A stretch of DNA of 60,605 nt, counting the filler, from a candidate division TA06 bacterium SM23_40 (GTDB lineage Bacteria; LJUI01; SM1-40), in assembly GCA_001303705.1 (NCBI GenBank). It is 7 parts of 7 records of this genome, joined end to end, with 100 filler letters (N's around TTAATTAATTAA, not from the genome) between each part and the next. Parts side by side here need not be neighbours in the genome. Positions count along the whole stretch, not along the records: positions 27,800 to 33,796 come from LJUI01000152.1; positions 33,897 to 42,810 come from LJUI01000153.1; 5 more parts are not named here. The stretch is one strand, 5' to 3'. The position numbers were made by a program, and so were the translations under genes. Below the pieces are notes generated by a model that saw only the letters and a program-made list of their open reading frames with translations, ran no database searches and was not told where the DNA came from. Below are positions 30,311-39,845 of the stretch, piece by piece (the stretch's first letter is position 1; every line of letters starts with the position of its first letter).

Positions 30311-30842
30311 CCGATCGTGAGCCGATGAGACGCCCGCCCCGAACCTCCACTCCCTCCAGCCCGAGGAGGCGAACCTTCAGGTCCTGCCCGGCGCCGAACC
30401 CGCCCAATCCGCCGTCGCCCGCGACGATGCGGTGGCAGGGGATCACGATCGCAATCGGATTCCGCCTGTTTGCCTGGCCAACCGCGCGGCAGGCTCCGGG
30501 TTTGTCGATCCTCGACGCGATCTCTCCGTATGAAGCGACCCTCCCATGGGGGATCTTCCTGAGTTCCTGCCATACCCTCTGCTGGAATGGGGTCCCTTCG
30601 AGGATGTGCACGGGTGTCGCAAACTCGACTCTCTCCCCCGCGAAGTACCTGTCGAGCTCTCCCCGGATCTGCCGGAACTGGCTATCATCCTCGACCGGCG
30701 TCGCTCCGAGGTCCCTCTCAAGGGCGGCGACGAACTCGGCAGGATCGCACCCTGGAAGCCCCATTCTGACGAGCCCGCGAGAGGTGGCGGCGAGGGGAAC
30801 CGTTCCCATCGCCGTCTCGTGTGTGCTCACGTAGATCCGCAT
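30294..30842 (-). CDS. ogt: Methylated-DNA-protein-cysteine S-methyltransferase
   Basis: GTPFQQRVW, SYGEIA, RAVGQA, active site IPCHRIV. Confidence 0.95.
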   Translation of the reverse strand: MRIYVSTHETAMGTVPLAATSRGLVRMGLPGCDPAEFVAALERDLGATPVEDDSQFRQIRGELDRYFAGERVEFATPVHILEGTPFQQRVWQELRKIPHGRVASYGEIASRIDKPGACRAVGQANRRNPIAIVIPCHRIVAGDGGLGGFGAGQDLKVRLLGLEGVEVRGGRLIGSRSGGRAG

Positions 30843-30912
30843 CCCTTCGTACCTCCCTGCTCTTCAGTGCCTATGCCCGGCCCCCTCCCCGGATCCAAGG
30901 ACGAGCACCCCC

Positions 30913-31674
30913 TTATACCATCCATCCGCCGCTCACCGTTATGTTAGCGCCGGTCACGTAGGAGGCCGAGTCGGACGCAAGGTACGCCACCGCACCTGCT
31001 ACATCTGAGGGCAATCCGGGCCGCCCGGCAGGCACTCCATTACTGATCTTCTCGCGCTCCTCGTCGCTGAGCGATCCGTTATCCATCAACCCTGGAGAGA
31101 CGACGTTCACCGTGATCCCGTGCGGGGCCTCCACCCGTGCGAGGGTGCGGGAGAGCACGACCACCCCCAGCTTTGCAATCGCATAGGGGGCGGTCATAAC
31201 AGCGGCGCGAGCCCTGTCAGACCCGGCAACGGCGATGTTGATGATCCTGCCCCAGCCGCGCTCGCGCATCCGCGGCAGGGCTGCACGGCAGCAATAGTAG
31301 GTGCTGTGGAGATTGGTGTCGATCGTCGAGTGCCATTCTTCGAGGGCCAGATCGCCGACCTTCTTGTGCAGAAACGGGCCGACGTTGTTGACCAGGATGT
31401 CGAGCCCTCCGAGCTCGCTCCACACCACGCCGATGAGCCGTTCGACCTCATCGATATGAGAGACGTCCGCCTGGAAATACTCGCTCCTCCGCCCCATCTT
31501 GCGGATCGACTCCCTCACCTCGGCCGCACGCTCCTCGGACGCGAGGTACGAGATCGCGATGTCTGCCCCGCGACGTGCCAGCTCGCGGGCGATCTCGGAT
31601 CCTATCCCCCGTGCCCCGCCCGTGACGAGCCCGACATGTCCGGCCAGCGAGAGCCCCAGCTCCGCGAGCTCCAT
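30913..31674 (-). CDS. SDR-family oxidoreductase (FabG-like)
   Basis: TGGARGIG, LVNNVG, YAIAK (YxxxK), VNVVSPG; alternative start 31692. Confidence 0.92.
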   Translation of the reverse strand: MELAELGLSLAGHVGLVTGGARGIGSEIARELARRGADIAISYLASEERAAEVRESIRKMGRRSEYFQADVSHIDEVERLIGVVWSELGGLDILVNNVGPFLHKKVGDLALEEWHSTIDTNLHSTYYCCRAALPRMRERGWGRIINIAVAGSDRARAAVMTAPYAIAKLGVVVLSRTLARVEAPHGITVNVVSPGLMDNGSLSDEEREKISNGVPAGRPGLPSDVAGAVAYLASDSASYVTGANITVSGGWMV

Positions 31675-31712
31675 TTGCTCCCCCTCACACACGCTGTTGG
31701 TCGCTAGTCGAG

Positions 31713-31744
31713 AGCGTAACCGGTCGGAGTAATCCGGTTACGCT
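31713..31744. other. Intergenic 11-bp perfect inverted repeat
   Basis: AGCGTAACCGG-N10-CCGGTTACGCT; no U tract, so function is unclear. Confidence 0.5.
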
Positions 31745-31772
31745 TCTCGGTTGTCGGAATCAGCACGCGATC

Positions 31773-32255
31773 CTACCGCTTGTACCCTATTTTTCGGAGG
31801 AAGGCCTTGCGGGCTTCCACATCCTCGGGACCTTCCATACCTTTCGGTGCGAACCCGTCGACCACCCCCACAACACCATTCCCCTGGTCTGTCTTCGCCA
31901 CGACTACCTGTACCGGATTCGCCGTGGCACAGAAGATCGAACAGACCTCCGGACAGTCCTTGACAGCGTTGAGGATATTGATGGGGTAGCTGTCGCGCAG
32001 CAAGAGGAAGAATGTGTGTCCGGCGCCGCAGTTCCGGGCATTCCGAACCGCCGCGGCAATGAGCTCATCGTCGTTCCCGTCAGCGCGCACCAGGCACGGG
32101 CCCGACGCCTCGCAGAATGCCAGACCGAACTTCGCCTGGGGCACGCCCGTGACGACGAGTTCGTACATGTCCTCCACTGTCTTGATGAAGTGCGTCTGCC
32201 CGATGATGATGTTGCAGCCTTCAGGTATCTCCACGCTCACAGTGGCCAGTTCCAT
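31773..32255 (-). CDS. Adenosine-specific kinase family protein (DUF355)
   Basis: GQTHFIKTVED, FCEASG, AGHTF, PINILN, CATANP, GVVDG, FLRKIGYK. Confidence 0.92.
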   Translation of the reverse strand: MELATVSVEIPEGCNIIIGQTHFIKTVEDMYELVVTGVPQAKFGLAFCEASGPCLVRADGNDDELIAAAVRNARNCGAGHTFFLLLRDSYPINILNAVKDCPEVCSIFCATANPVQVVVAKTDQGNGVVGVVDGFAPKGMEGPEDVEARKAFLRKIGYKR

Positions 32256-32314
32256 CGTCTCCCCCACTCGTTGCGCCGATCGACTCCGGCATCGGGACGC
32301 CCGGCTGACGACCC

Positions 32315-33796
32315 TCAGAGCCGGAACAGGTACGATACCTTGGCAAAGACCGTTCGGCCGTCGCGCTCGAAGCTCGAGCCGTGGTCATACTCCTCGTTCA
32401 GCCCGAGGTAGAGGACGCTTCCCGGCACATAAACATAGCTGAGGAGGAGCTGCATGGCGAGGCTCTCATCTTGCGTGTTCTCCTGCACCACGCCGCGGAA
32501 CGAGAACTCCCGGTTGAAGTGATAGGTCGCCTTGGCCCGGGCTACTATCTCATCGTACGCCTCTTCGCCCCCCCACGTCCGGAACATGTTATCCCGATCG
32601 AGCGAGGCCTCCAGGCTGAACCGGTCCGTGGGGCGGAGCTCGCACCACACACCCCCGTTCTGTGTGAACCCCTTGAACGACTCATCCACATCATCATCAT
32701 CGAGATCATAATAGACCGCATTCCCCGCCCAGATCCAGAACCCGCCGCAGATCTTCCCGCTGTTACGGTTCTCCACCGAAAATGAAACATTGTGCCCGCG
32801 GTGTCTCCGTTCCCGATAGAGGATTCCGAAGCGCACAAGTTCCAGGTGAACCCATGTCGGCCCCCGCAGCTGCATACTGATCTCCGGTCCCGCGTACTCC
32901 TCCATCAACCGGCCCTCATCGTCGTATGTCAGGTCGACCCACGCAGCAGGTTCCCACCATACGAGGAAGTCACCCTCGGGGCGGAAGGTGTACCCGGCCC
33001 ACGCTCCTGGGCCCGAGATGCCGGGTCTCGATAGATATCCTGTCCCGAACTCTACCCCGGGACGGATGTCGGTATACCAGATCGACGTGTTGAAGTTCCG
33101 GCCGAACCGGCCTACCGATGCCCCGAACGCCGGATCGGAGTACTCACCATCCTCATCCTTTGTCCACGTCTGCGCCACCTGGAAATCGGAATGGTAGTTC
33201 TCCGCGATCCGGAGCTGGCCGTCCACGCTCAGAACCCGACTGTGCCCGTCCTCCTGCTCCCTGTCCGCCACCATCAGCCCCATCCAGGAATTCTCGAACA
33301 GATCGGCCTTTGTGCGCAGGATTCCGACGAAGGACGTGTCGGCAGCCTCGACACCTCTATCATATGCCGAGAGGAGGCCGAACGTCATCGGCCCCACCTT
33401 GCCGGTCACCTTGCCCGCAGCCATCGGATCGGCGATCCTCCTCGTGTGAAGGATGCGGAACCGGCTGGTCTCGAACATATCGGAGCCCTCGAGGAAGAAC
33501 GGCCGCTTCTCCGGGAAGTAGAGAGGGAACCGATTGTTGATATCGATCTGGTCGACGTCGCTCTCGACCTGGCTGAAGTCCGGGTTGACCGTCAGATCAG
33601 CGGTGACATTGGAGAGAACTCCCCATTTGAGATCCGCTCCCGTACGGTACCGAGCGGGATGGTTGTCCCAGGGGAGTAAGGGATTCCCCGGGTCGCGCAG
33701 ACCGCCATCCTGGCCCACCGTGGAGTAGACCATGAGGTCGATGTGGCGTCCTGGCGAGATGCCCTCCAGCCCCGTCATCGTGCCGCACTGCCGGAG
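32315..33796 (-). CDS. DUF5916-type outer membrane beta-barrel protein (5' truncated)
   Basis: TVNPDFSQVESD...RFPLYFPEKRPFFLEG...HTRRI; ends FAKVSYLFRL. Confidence 0.85.
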   Translation of the reverse strand, partial: LRQCGTMTGLEGISPGRHIDLMVYSTVGQDGGLRDPGNPLLPWDNHPARYRTGADLKWGVLSNVTADLTVNPDFSQVESDVDQIDINNRFPLYFPEKRPFFLEGSDMFETSRFRILHTRRIADPMAAGKVTGKVGPMTFGLLSAYDRGVEAADTSFVGILRTKADLFENSWMGLMVADREQEDGHSRVLSVDGQLRIAENYHSDFQVAQTWTKDEDGEYSDPAFGASVGRFGRNFNTSIWYTDIRPGVEFGTGYLSRPGISGPGAWAGYTFRPEGDFLVWWEPAAWVDLTYDDEGRLMEEYAGPEISMQLRGPTWVHLELVRFGILYRERRHRGHNVSFSVENRNSGKICGGFWIWAGNAVYYDLDDDDVDESFKGFTQNGGVWCELRPTDRFSLEASLDRDNMFRTWGGEEAYDEIVARAKATYHFNREFSFRGVVQENTQDESLAMQLLLSYVYVPGSVLYLGLNEEYDHGSSFERDGRTVFAKVSYLFRL

Positions 33797-33896
33797 NNNN
33801 NNNNNNNNNNNNNNNNNNNNNNNNNNNNNNNNNNNNNNNNTTAATTAATTAANNNNNNNNNNNNNNNNNNNNNNNNNNNNNNNNNNNNNNNNNNNN
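33797..33896. other. Artificial contig linker
   Basis: N run with TTAATTAATTAA. Confidence 0.98.
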
Positions 33897-34067
33897 ATCG
33901 AGGCTGACCGGCCATGCACACCGCCTGGCCGGGTCTCTTTTTGGCGTGGCGGGAGGTGATGACGCCAGGAGGCAATAGCCTTCAAAACCCAGATACGTCC
34001 CTGCGACGCCGACTCTTGGCGCGGCGAGAAAAAATGAACCTCTAAGCCTAAGTACGTCCCCGCGATG

Positions 34068-34141
34068 GGCGTAACCTTCTGAACCTACCAACGTCCCCAC
34101 CTACCGCGAAGGCGTAACCTTCTGAACCTACCAACGTCCCC
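34068..34141. repeat. Two identical 31-bp direct repeats ending ACGTCCCC, with degenerate upstream copies
   Basis: GGCGTAACCTTCTGAACCTACCAACGTCCCC at 34068 and 34111 with a 12-bp spacer; TACGTCCC also near 33994 and 34053. Confidence 0.9.
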
Positions 34142-34166
34142 GGCAATCGTCCCCGGGAATAATCGC

Positions 34167-34194
34167 TTGACATGGGGTTGCATCTCATTATAAT
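34167..34194 (+). promoter_or_regulatory. Sigma70 promoter with consensus hexamers
   Basis: TTGACA (34167-34172), 16-bp spacer, TATAAT (34189-34194); GGAGGA RBS downstream. Confidence 0.8.
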
Positions 34195-34224
34195 TTACAA
34201 CACGTTGATAGAGAGGAGGATTGC

Positions 34225-34914
34225 GTGCGGGTCGGCGCTCTTCTGCGCATGCTGCTGCTCGTTGCGTGGCTTGCTGCGTGGGCTGCAGGATGTTCAACGG
34301 TCGTCGGCAGCGGCGTCGTTTCGGATGTCTCGCGCTCGCTCCCGACGAACATCGGTCTCGTCCGCACAGCCCTGAGGGCAGGATTCGAGGATAGTCTCCC
34401 CGAACTGTCTCTCGACACGGGACGCCGGGTTGTCCTTGATAGCCAAGAGCCGGGGGAGGACGACTGGCTGATCGAGAGCGAAATCGGCCAGGTGCTGCGC
34501 GAGCGCGGATACGGCCTGCTGACCAATCTGCCCGCGGCGGATGAAGCCCAGGAAGGTGAGCGCCTGACAGTTCTCTCGTACCGTTCAGTCGATCTGAGGG
34601 TGGTCTATCGCGGCGCGCATCGGAGCGGGTGGCGCGGAGAGCGGATGATCGATCGCCAGGCCGTGGCCCGACTCGACATCCGGGTGTTGACCTGGCCGGA
34701 GGGAGAGATCGTAAGCCTGCGGGAGACTGAGGGGGTGGCCTCCGACACGGTGCCGGAGTCCGAATTGGCGCTTCTGGAGGGGAGCGAGTTCCCCGCCGAG
34801 AACAGAATGGTGGAAGATCACGGTCAGTCCGGTCGGCTGCTGGAGCCGCTCGTCGTAACCGGGCTCGTTGCGCTCCTTGTCTACGTCTTCTATACCGCAG
34901 AGAGCTCCGACTAG
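34225..34914 (+). CDS. Hypothetical lipoprotein with C-terminal hydrophobic helix
   Basis: Lipobox AAGC; C-terminal LLEPLVVTGLVALLVYVFY. Confidence 0.75.
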   Translation: MRVGALLRMLLLVAWLAAWAAGCSTVVGSGVVSDVSRSLPTNIGLVRTALRAGFEDSLPELSLDTGRRVVLDSQEPGEDDWLIESEIGQVLRERGYGLLTNLPAADEAQEGERLTVLSYRSVDLRVVYRGAHRSGWRGERMIDRQAVARLDIRVLTWPEGEIVSLRETEGVASDTVPESELALLEGSEFPAENRMVEDHGQSGRLLEPLVVTGLVALLVYVFYTAESSD

Positions 34915-34936
34915 GGGCAGATGATAGGGGCAGCCC

Positions 34937-35671
34937 ATGGATGTGGAAGCGAAGCGACACCTGAATCTGGGCAAGGAATACTTCGAGAAGGGGATGATCA
35001 AGGAGGCGATAGAGGAGCTCAACAAGACGCTCAAAGTGGCTCCCAGTTTCCCCGATATCCACAACAGGCTCGGCCTCGCATACAGCCTCGAGGGACAGCT
35101 CGATGATGCGCTCTCCTCGTTTCGTCGAGCCATCGAGCTCAATCCTCACTACGTGGAGGCGAGAATCAATCTCGCGATCATATACAACGAGCTGGGCCGG
35201 TACGGTGAGGCGATCCAGGAATTCGAGAAGGCGTCGCAGCAAGAGAAACAGACTGAGGGGCTTCAGACCGCGGTGAAGACGAAGCTGGTCAAGGCCTACA
35301 TCCAACTTGGAGACACCTATACGGAGATCGGCGAGCACCTCGAGGCAGTGGAAGAGTACAAAAAAGCACTCAAGATATCCCCCCAGTTCCCCGATGTGAG
35401 AACCCGGCTGGCCAAGTCGCTTCTGAGCCTCAAGCTGTACCAAGAAGCGGTGCGCGAGCTGGAACGGGTGGTCTCCACCCACCCACACTACCTGGAGGCC
35501 GGTATCCTCCTGGGAGTCGCATACTACCAGATGAGTGCGCGGGAGAAGGCGCGGGCGGAGTGGGAGCGCGTCTTCACCAGGGATCCGGGGAACGCGAAGG
35601 CGCGGGTCTATCTCAACTTGCTTCGCAGAGGGCCGTCGCCCGGCGGGGAGTCGGAGCTGATACCGGACTGA
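34937..35671 (+). CDS. Tetratricopeptide repeat protein
   Basis: About six TPRs (HLNLGKEY, HNRLGLAY, RINLAIIY, YIQLGDTY). Confidence 0.9.
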   Translation: MDVEAKRHLNLGKEYFEKGMIKEAIEELNKTLKVAPSFPDIHNRLGLAYSLEGQLDDALSSFRRAIELNPHYVEARINLAIIYNELGRYGEAIQEFEKASQQEKQTEGLQTAVKTKLVKAYIQLGDTYTEIGEHLEAVEEYKKALKISPQFPDVRTRLAKSLLSLKLYQEAVRELERVVSTHPHYLEAGILLGVAYYQMSAREKARAEWERVFTRDPGNAKARVYLNLLRRGPSPGGESELIPD

Positions 35672-35769
35672 AGCCGGGGTGTGAGGGGAGTGGCTTATAT
35701 CCCGACGGGTCTCTCGGACTCTTCGGTTCGGGCAGGCCCGTCGATGACATAACGGTCGCAGTGGGAAAG

Positions 35770-38655
35770 ATGGCTAAGAGTACGCAGAGAGGGGAACCGG
35801 GACAGGAAATGGACACACCATCTGACGTGAGAGAGAAGACGGACTATCGGGGGACCTTGAATCTTCCACGCACCGATTTCCCTATGAAGGGCGATCTCGC
35901 CAAGCGCGAGCCGGAGATACAGCGGGCCTGGGATGAGATGGATCTATACCGGCTGAGCCTGGAGCGCCCCGATTCGAAGGGCGTCTATGTGTTACACGAT
36001 GGTCCGCCTTACTCGAACGGCGACATCCATCTCGGCCACGCGCTCAACAAGATTCTCAAAGATTTCGTCGTCAAGTACAAGACGATGCAGGGATACATCG
36101 CCCCGTTCGTGCCGGGGTGGGACAACCACGGGATGCCGATCGAGAACGAGGTGACGAAGCGGGCGCCGGCCTCCTGGCACGGGCGAGAGCAGGCAGAGGC
36201 GAGACTCGAGATCCGTCATCAGTGTCGCGAGTACGCGCGCCGGTTCATCGATGTGCAGCGGGAGCAGTTCAAGCGTCTCGGCATCCGCGGTGATTGGGAG
36301 CATCCCTATCTCACCATGTCGAATGAATATGAGGCGAGTATCGTGCGCGTCTTCGGCGAGCTCGCCGCCCGGGGGTACATTTACCGCGGCCTCCGATCGA
36401 TCCACTGGTGTCCGACCTGTGTCACTGCCCTTGCCGAGGCCGAGATCGAGTATGAGGAGACGGTCTCTCCGTCTATCTGGCTCCGCTTTCCGCTGGTGAA
36501 GGATCCGATCGGGTTCTTCGGTGATGCCCAAAAGGAGAAGTGCTACGCGCTCGTCTGGACTACGACTCCGTGGACGATCCCTGCAAATGTGGCAGTCGCA
36601 TTCAATCCCGATTTCGACTACGTCGTCATCGAGGCTGACGGCATTCGATATCTTCTGGCTGAGGGTCTGGTCGATGCCGTCGCCGCCCATCTCGGCCTCG
36701 GCTCGCATCAAGTCGTGAACCGGGGCCGCGGTTCTGACCTGGGGGAGCTCGTCTTTCGACACCCTATCTTCGAGCGGGAGTCGCCGGTCATCCTGGGCGG
36801 GCACGTGACCCTCGAGCAGGGCACGGGGTGCGTCCACATCGCTCCCGGGCACGGGCCGGAGGACTTCGAGCTGGGACAGCGGTACGGGCTCTGGATCCTC
36901 TGCCCGGTCGACGAGTTCGGGGTCTTCACCGACGAGGCGGAGCAGTTCGCCGGGCTCGATCTCGAGAAGGGCGACAAGGCCGTGGTCGAGGCCCTGCGGC
37001 AGGCGGGCACATTACTGAAACTCGAGGACGTGACCCACCAGTATCCCCACTGCTGGCGGTGTCGTCGCGAGGTCATCTTCAGATCCACGGAGCAGTGGTT
37101 CATCAACATCGATCACGAAGGGCACCGGGAAAAGGCCCTCGCCTCCATCGGGAGCGTGAAGTGGTATCCGTCCGAGAGTGAGAATCGTATCCGCAGCGCG
37201 GTAGAAGGGCGCCCTGACTGGTGTATCTCCCGACAGCGAGCATGGGGTGTTGGCATCCCCGCTTTCTTCTGCAAAGGGTGTCGCGAGGCGATCATGACCC
37301 CCGAGACGGTCGCCCACGTTGCCGACATCGTGCTCAAAGAGAGCTCGGATGTCTGGTTCGAGAAGGAGGCAGAGGATCTCCTCCCGGCAGGGTATTCCTG
37401 TCCCCATTGCGGCGGCCGGGAGTTCCGCAAGGAGACTGATATCCTCGATGTCTGGTTCGACTCTGGTTCGACCCACCTCGCCGTCCTGGAGACGACCCCG
37501 GGTCTCCACTGGCCGGCGGACTTGTACCTCGAGGGCACGGACCAGCACCGCGGGTGGTTCAACGCATCGTTGATGATTGCGATCGCCGTCAAGGGAGCTC
37601 CGCCGTATCGAGCAGTCGTGACGAACGGCTTCACCGTCGATGCGCAGGGGAGGGGGATGCACAAATCCCTTGGCAACGTTATCTCTCCGTTCGAGATCAT
37701 CGATCGAGACGGCGCAGATGTGGTGCGGCTCTGGGTTGCGTCGAGCGACTACTTCCGCGATGTCCGTTCATCCGATGAGATCCTGCAGCGGGTCACCGAT
37801 GCCTATCGACGTATCCGGAACACGTTCCGATTCCTGCTCGGCAACCTGTACGACTTCCATCCCGAGAACGATACCGTGCCGCCCGCCGATCGCCTCGAGA
37901 TCGACCGGTGGGCCCTGTCCCGCCTCCAGCAGATCATCGGTGAGGTGGAGGCCGCATACGAGGAGTTCGAGTACCACCGCATCTATCAGGCGCTCCATAA
38001 CTTCTGTGCCGTCGACCTCAGCTCGTTCTATCTCGACGTACTGAAGGACCGCCTGTACACACTTGGTGCTCAGTCGGTGGAGCGGAAGGCCGCCCAGTCC
38101 ACGCTCTTCACATTGGCGCGGTCGCTTGCGGCGATGCTCGCTCCTATCCTCAGCCACACGGCGGATGAAGTCTGGCGGCTCCTGCCCTCGTGGACGGACA
38201 AGGAGGCGAGTGCCCAGCTTACGTCGTTTCCGCATCAGGATCCGGCGCTCATCGACGACGATCTGGAGAATGAGTGGAGGCGTCTGCTCAAGGTGCGCGA
38301 TGAGGTGCTGGCCGCACTCGAGGCGGCGAGGGGGGAGAAGTCGATCGGGAGCTCGCTCGACGCGAAAGTGGCGCTGGTCGCGATAGATGGAGCGCTCAAG
38401 GGGCTCCTGGAATCCCACTTGCGCGAACTCCCGACTCTGTTTATCGTATCTCAGGTCGAGCTGCTCTCCGATGTCCAGGCGCTCGGCACGAACATCCGGA
38501 AGAACGACGACCTTGGTTTGGCGGTGGAGGTGCGGCGCGCTGAAGGCGAGAAGTGTCCGCGATGCTGGAACTACCGCGACGACATCGGCGCTGTTCCCGA
38601 GCATCCGACGATCTGCGAACGGTGCGGGAGAGTCGTGGTGAGTATCGGCGAATGA
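35770..38655 (+). CDS. ileS: Isoleucine--tRNA ligase (type 1)
   Basis: TLNLPRTDFPMK, LHDGPPY, HLGH, WTTTPWT, DWCISRQR, EGTDQHRGWF, GMHKS, C-terminal CPRC...CERC; start could be 35809. Confidence 0.97.
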   Translation: MAKSTQRGEPGQEMDTPSDVREKTDYRGTLNLPRTDFPMKGDLAKREPEIQRAWDEMDLYRLSLERPDSKGVYVLHDGPPYSNGDIHLGHALNKILKDFVVKYKTMQGYIAPFVPGWDNHGMPIENEVTKRAPASWHGREQAEARLEIRHQCREYARRFIDVQREQFKRLGIRGDWEHPYLTMSNEYEASIVRVFGELAARGYIYRGLRSIHWCPTCVTALAEAEIEYEETVSPSIWLRFPLVKDPIGFFGDAQKEKCYALVWTTTPWTIPANVAVAFNPDFDYVVIEADGIRYLLAEGLVDAVAAHLGLGSHQVVNRGRGSDLGELVFRHPIFERESPVILGGHVTLEQGTGCVHIAPGHGPEDFELGQRYGLWILCPVDEFGVFTDEAEQFAGLDLEKGDKAVVEALRQAGTLLKLEDVTHQYPHCWRCRREVIFRSTEQWFINIDHEGHREKALASIGSVKWYPSESENRIRSAVEGRPDWCISRQRAWGVGIPAFFCKGCREAIMTPETVAHVADIVLKESSDVWFEKEAEDLLPAGYSCPHCGGREFRKETDILDVWFDSGSTHLAVLETTPGLHWPADLYLEGTDQHRGWFNASLMIAIAVKGAPPYRAVVTNGFTVDAQGRGMHKSLGNVISPFEIIDRDGADVVRLWVASSDYFRDVRSSDEILQRVTDAYRRIRNTFRFLLGNLYDFHPENDTVPPADRLEIDRWALSRLQQIIGEVEAAYEEFEYHRIYQALHNFCAVDLSSFYLDVLKDRLYTLGAQSVERKAAQSTLFTLARSLAAMLAPILSHTADEVWRLLPSWTDKEASAQLTSFPHQDPALIDDDLENEWRRLLKVRDEVLAALEAARGEKSIGSSLDAKVALVAIDGALKGLLESHLRELPTLFIVSQVELLSDVQALGTNIRKNDDLGLAVEVRRAEGEKCPRCWNYRDDIGAVPEHPTICERCGRVVVSIGE

Positions 38656-38668
38656 GGCATTACGAAGT

Positions 38669-39040
38669 ATGCAGAAATCGAAGCTCAAAACCTTTGAGAA
38701 GCGCCTATTGGAGGAGCGCAAGAAGCTGCTCGCCGAACTGGGCCACTTAGAGGAAATATGTAACCAGACGCAGAAGGAATCGGCAGGCGATCTCTCTGCC
38801 TACTCGTTCCATCCTGCAGACCTCGGCACCGATGCCATCGAGCGAGAGAAGGCATTTCTCCTGGCTTCGGCAGAAGGGAGGGCCCTCTGGGAGATCATGG
38901 AGGCGCTGCGAAAGATCAGCACCGGCAATGATTATGGCAAGTGTGAGGAGTGCGGGGAGGAGATCGGCGAGGAGAGACTAGAGGTCATTCCTTACGCGCG
39001 ATTCTGCGTTCGGTGCCAGGAAAAGCATGAGAGAGGCTGA
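38669..39040 (+). CDS. TraR/DksA C4-type zinc finger protein
   Basis: HPADLGTD coiled-coil tip; YGKCEECG...ERL..IPYARFCVRC. Confidence 0.92.
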   Translation: MQKSKLKTFEKRLLEERKKLLAELGHLEEICNQTQKESAGDLSAYSFHPADLGTDAIEREKAFLLASAEGRALWEIMEALRKISTGNDYGKCEECGEEIGEERLEVIPYARFCVRCQEKHERG

Positions 39041-39707
39041 CGCCGGGGGGAGCGCCAAGGGGGGGCTGCTCGTTCCCGGCATCACGTTCTGCCTCGTGTT
39101 GGCGGCGGATCAGATCACCAAGTACTGGATCGCCAGAGCCTTTCCTCTTTATCGTTCCTGCCCTGTGTGGGGCAACTTTATTCGTCTCACCCACGTCCGA
39201 AACCCCGGGGGAGTCTTCGGCATTCCTCTCGGGGGTCCCTCTCCCATTCTCCCCATCATACTATCGTTCGTCCTGCTCGTTGTACTCTATTTCATGCGGT
39301 TCTCCCGGGGGCAGCTGTTGAAGACCGTTGCTCTCGCGCTCATTGCCGCGGGCGCGTGCGGCAATCTCATCGATCGCATCCGGTTCGGAGCGGTGATCGA
39401 TTTCGTTGACGTGGGCATCAGCCGATACCGGTGGCCGGTCTTCAATATCGCCGATTCCGCTGTCACCGTGGGAGTTCTCCTCATCATGGTTCTGGCAACT
39501 CGCTCTCAGGCGCGACGCCGAGCGGGCGTGGGAGAGGCGGGAGTCAGTGGAGAATTCGGAGTACCCGGGGAGCCCCGAGAACTGGGAAAGGCGGGAGAGC
39601 CGGGAACGGCGGGAGGACCGGGTGTGTTGGAAGAACCGGGTACGGCCGAAGAGCCGGCCGGACCGGACGGGACGCCGGAGTCCGGCGCACCAGACAGACC
39701 AGGATAG
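39027..39707 (+). CDS. lspA: Lipoprotein signal peptidase II with Gly-X-Y-rich C-terminal tail
   Basis: DQITK, NPGGVFG, GNLIDR, VIDF, WPVFNIADS. Confidence 0.95.
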   Translation: MREADAGGSAKGGLLVPGITFCLVLAADQITKYWIARAFPLYRSCPVWGNFIRLTHVRNPGGVFGIPLGGPSPILPIILSFVLLVVLYFMRFSRGQLLKTVALALIAAGACGNLIDRIRFGAVIDFVDVGISRYRWPVFNIADSAVTVGVLLIMVLATRSQARRRAGVGEAGVSGEFGVPGEPRELGKAGEPGTAGGPGVLEEPGTAEEPAGPDGTPESGAPDRPG

Positions 39708-39845
39708 AGACTTGGCGGCCCCATACGTAGAGATGAATGGCCGCAGCGTGAGAGACGCGCGAGGGCGCGGAGTGGCATGGGCGGTGCGCGGAGAGCGGGA
39801 GCAGGGATGACCGCAGCGTGCCGGGTTCACGGAATGAGATGAGCC

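Noticed and set aside
34068-34141. 31-bp repeat pair as a mini-CRISPR
   Set aside because: Only two copies and a 12-bp spacer, far too short.
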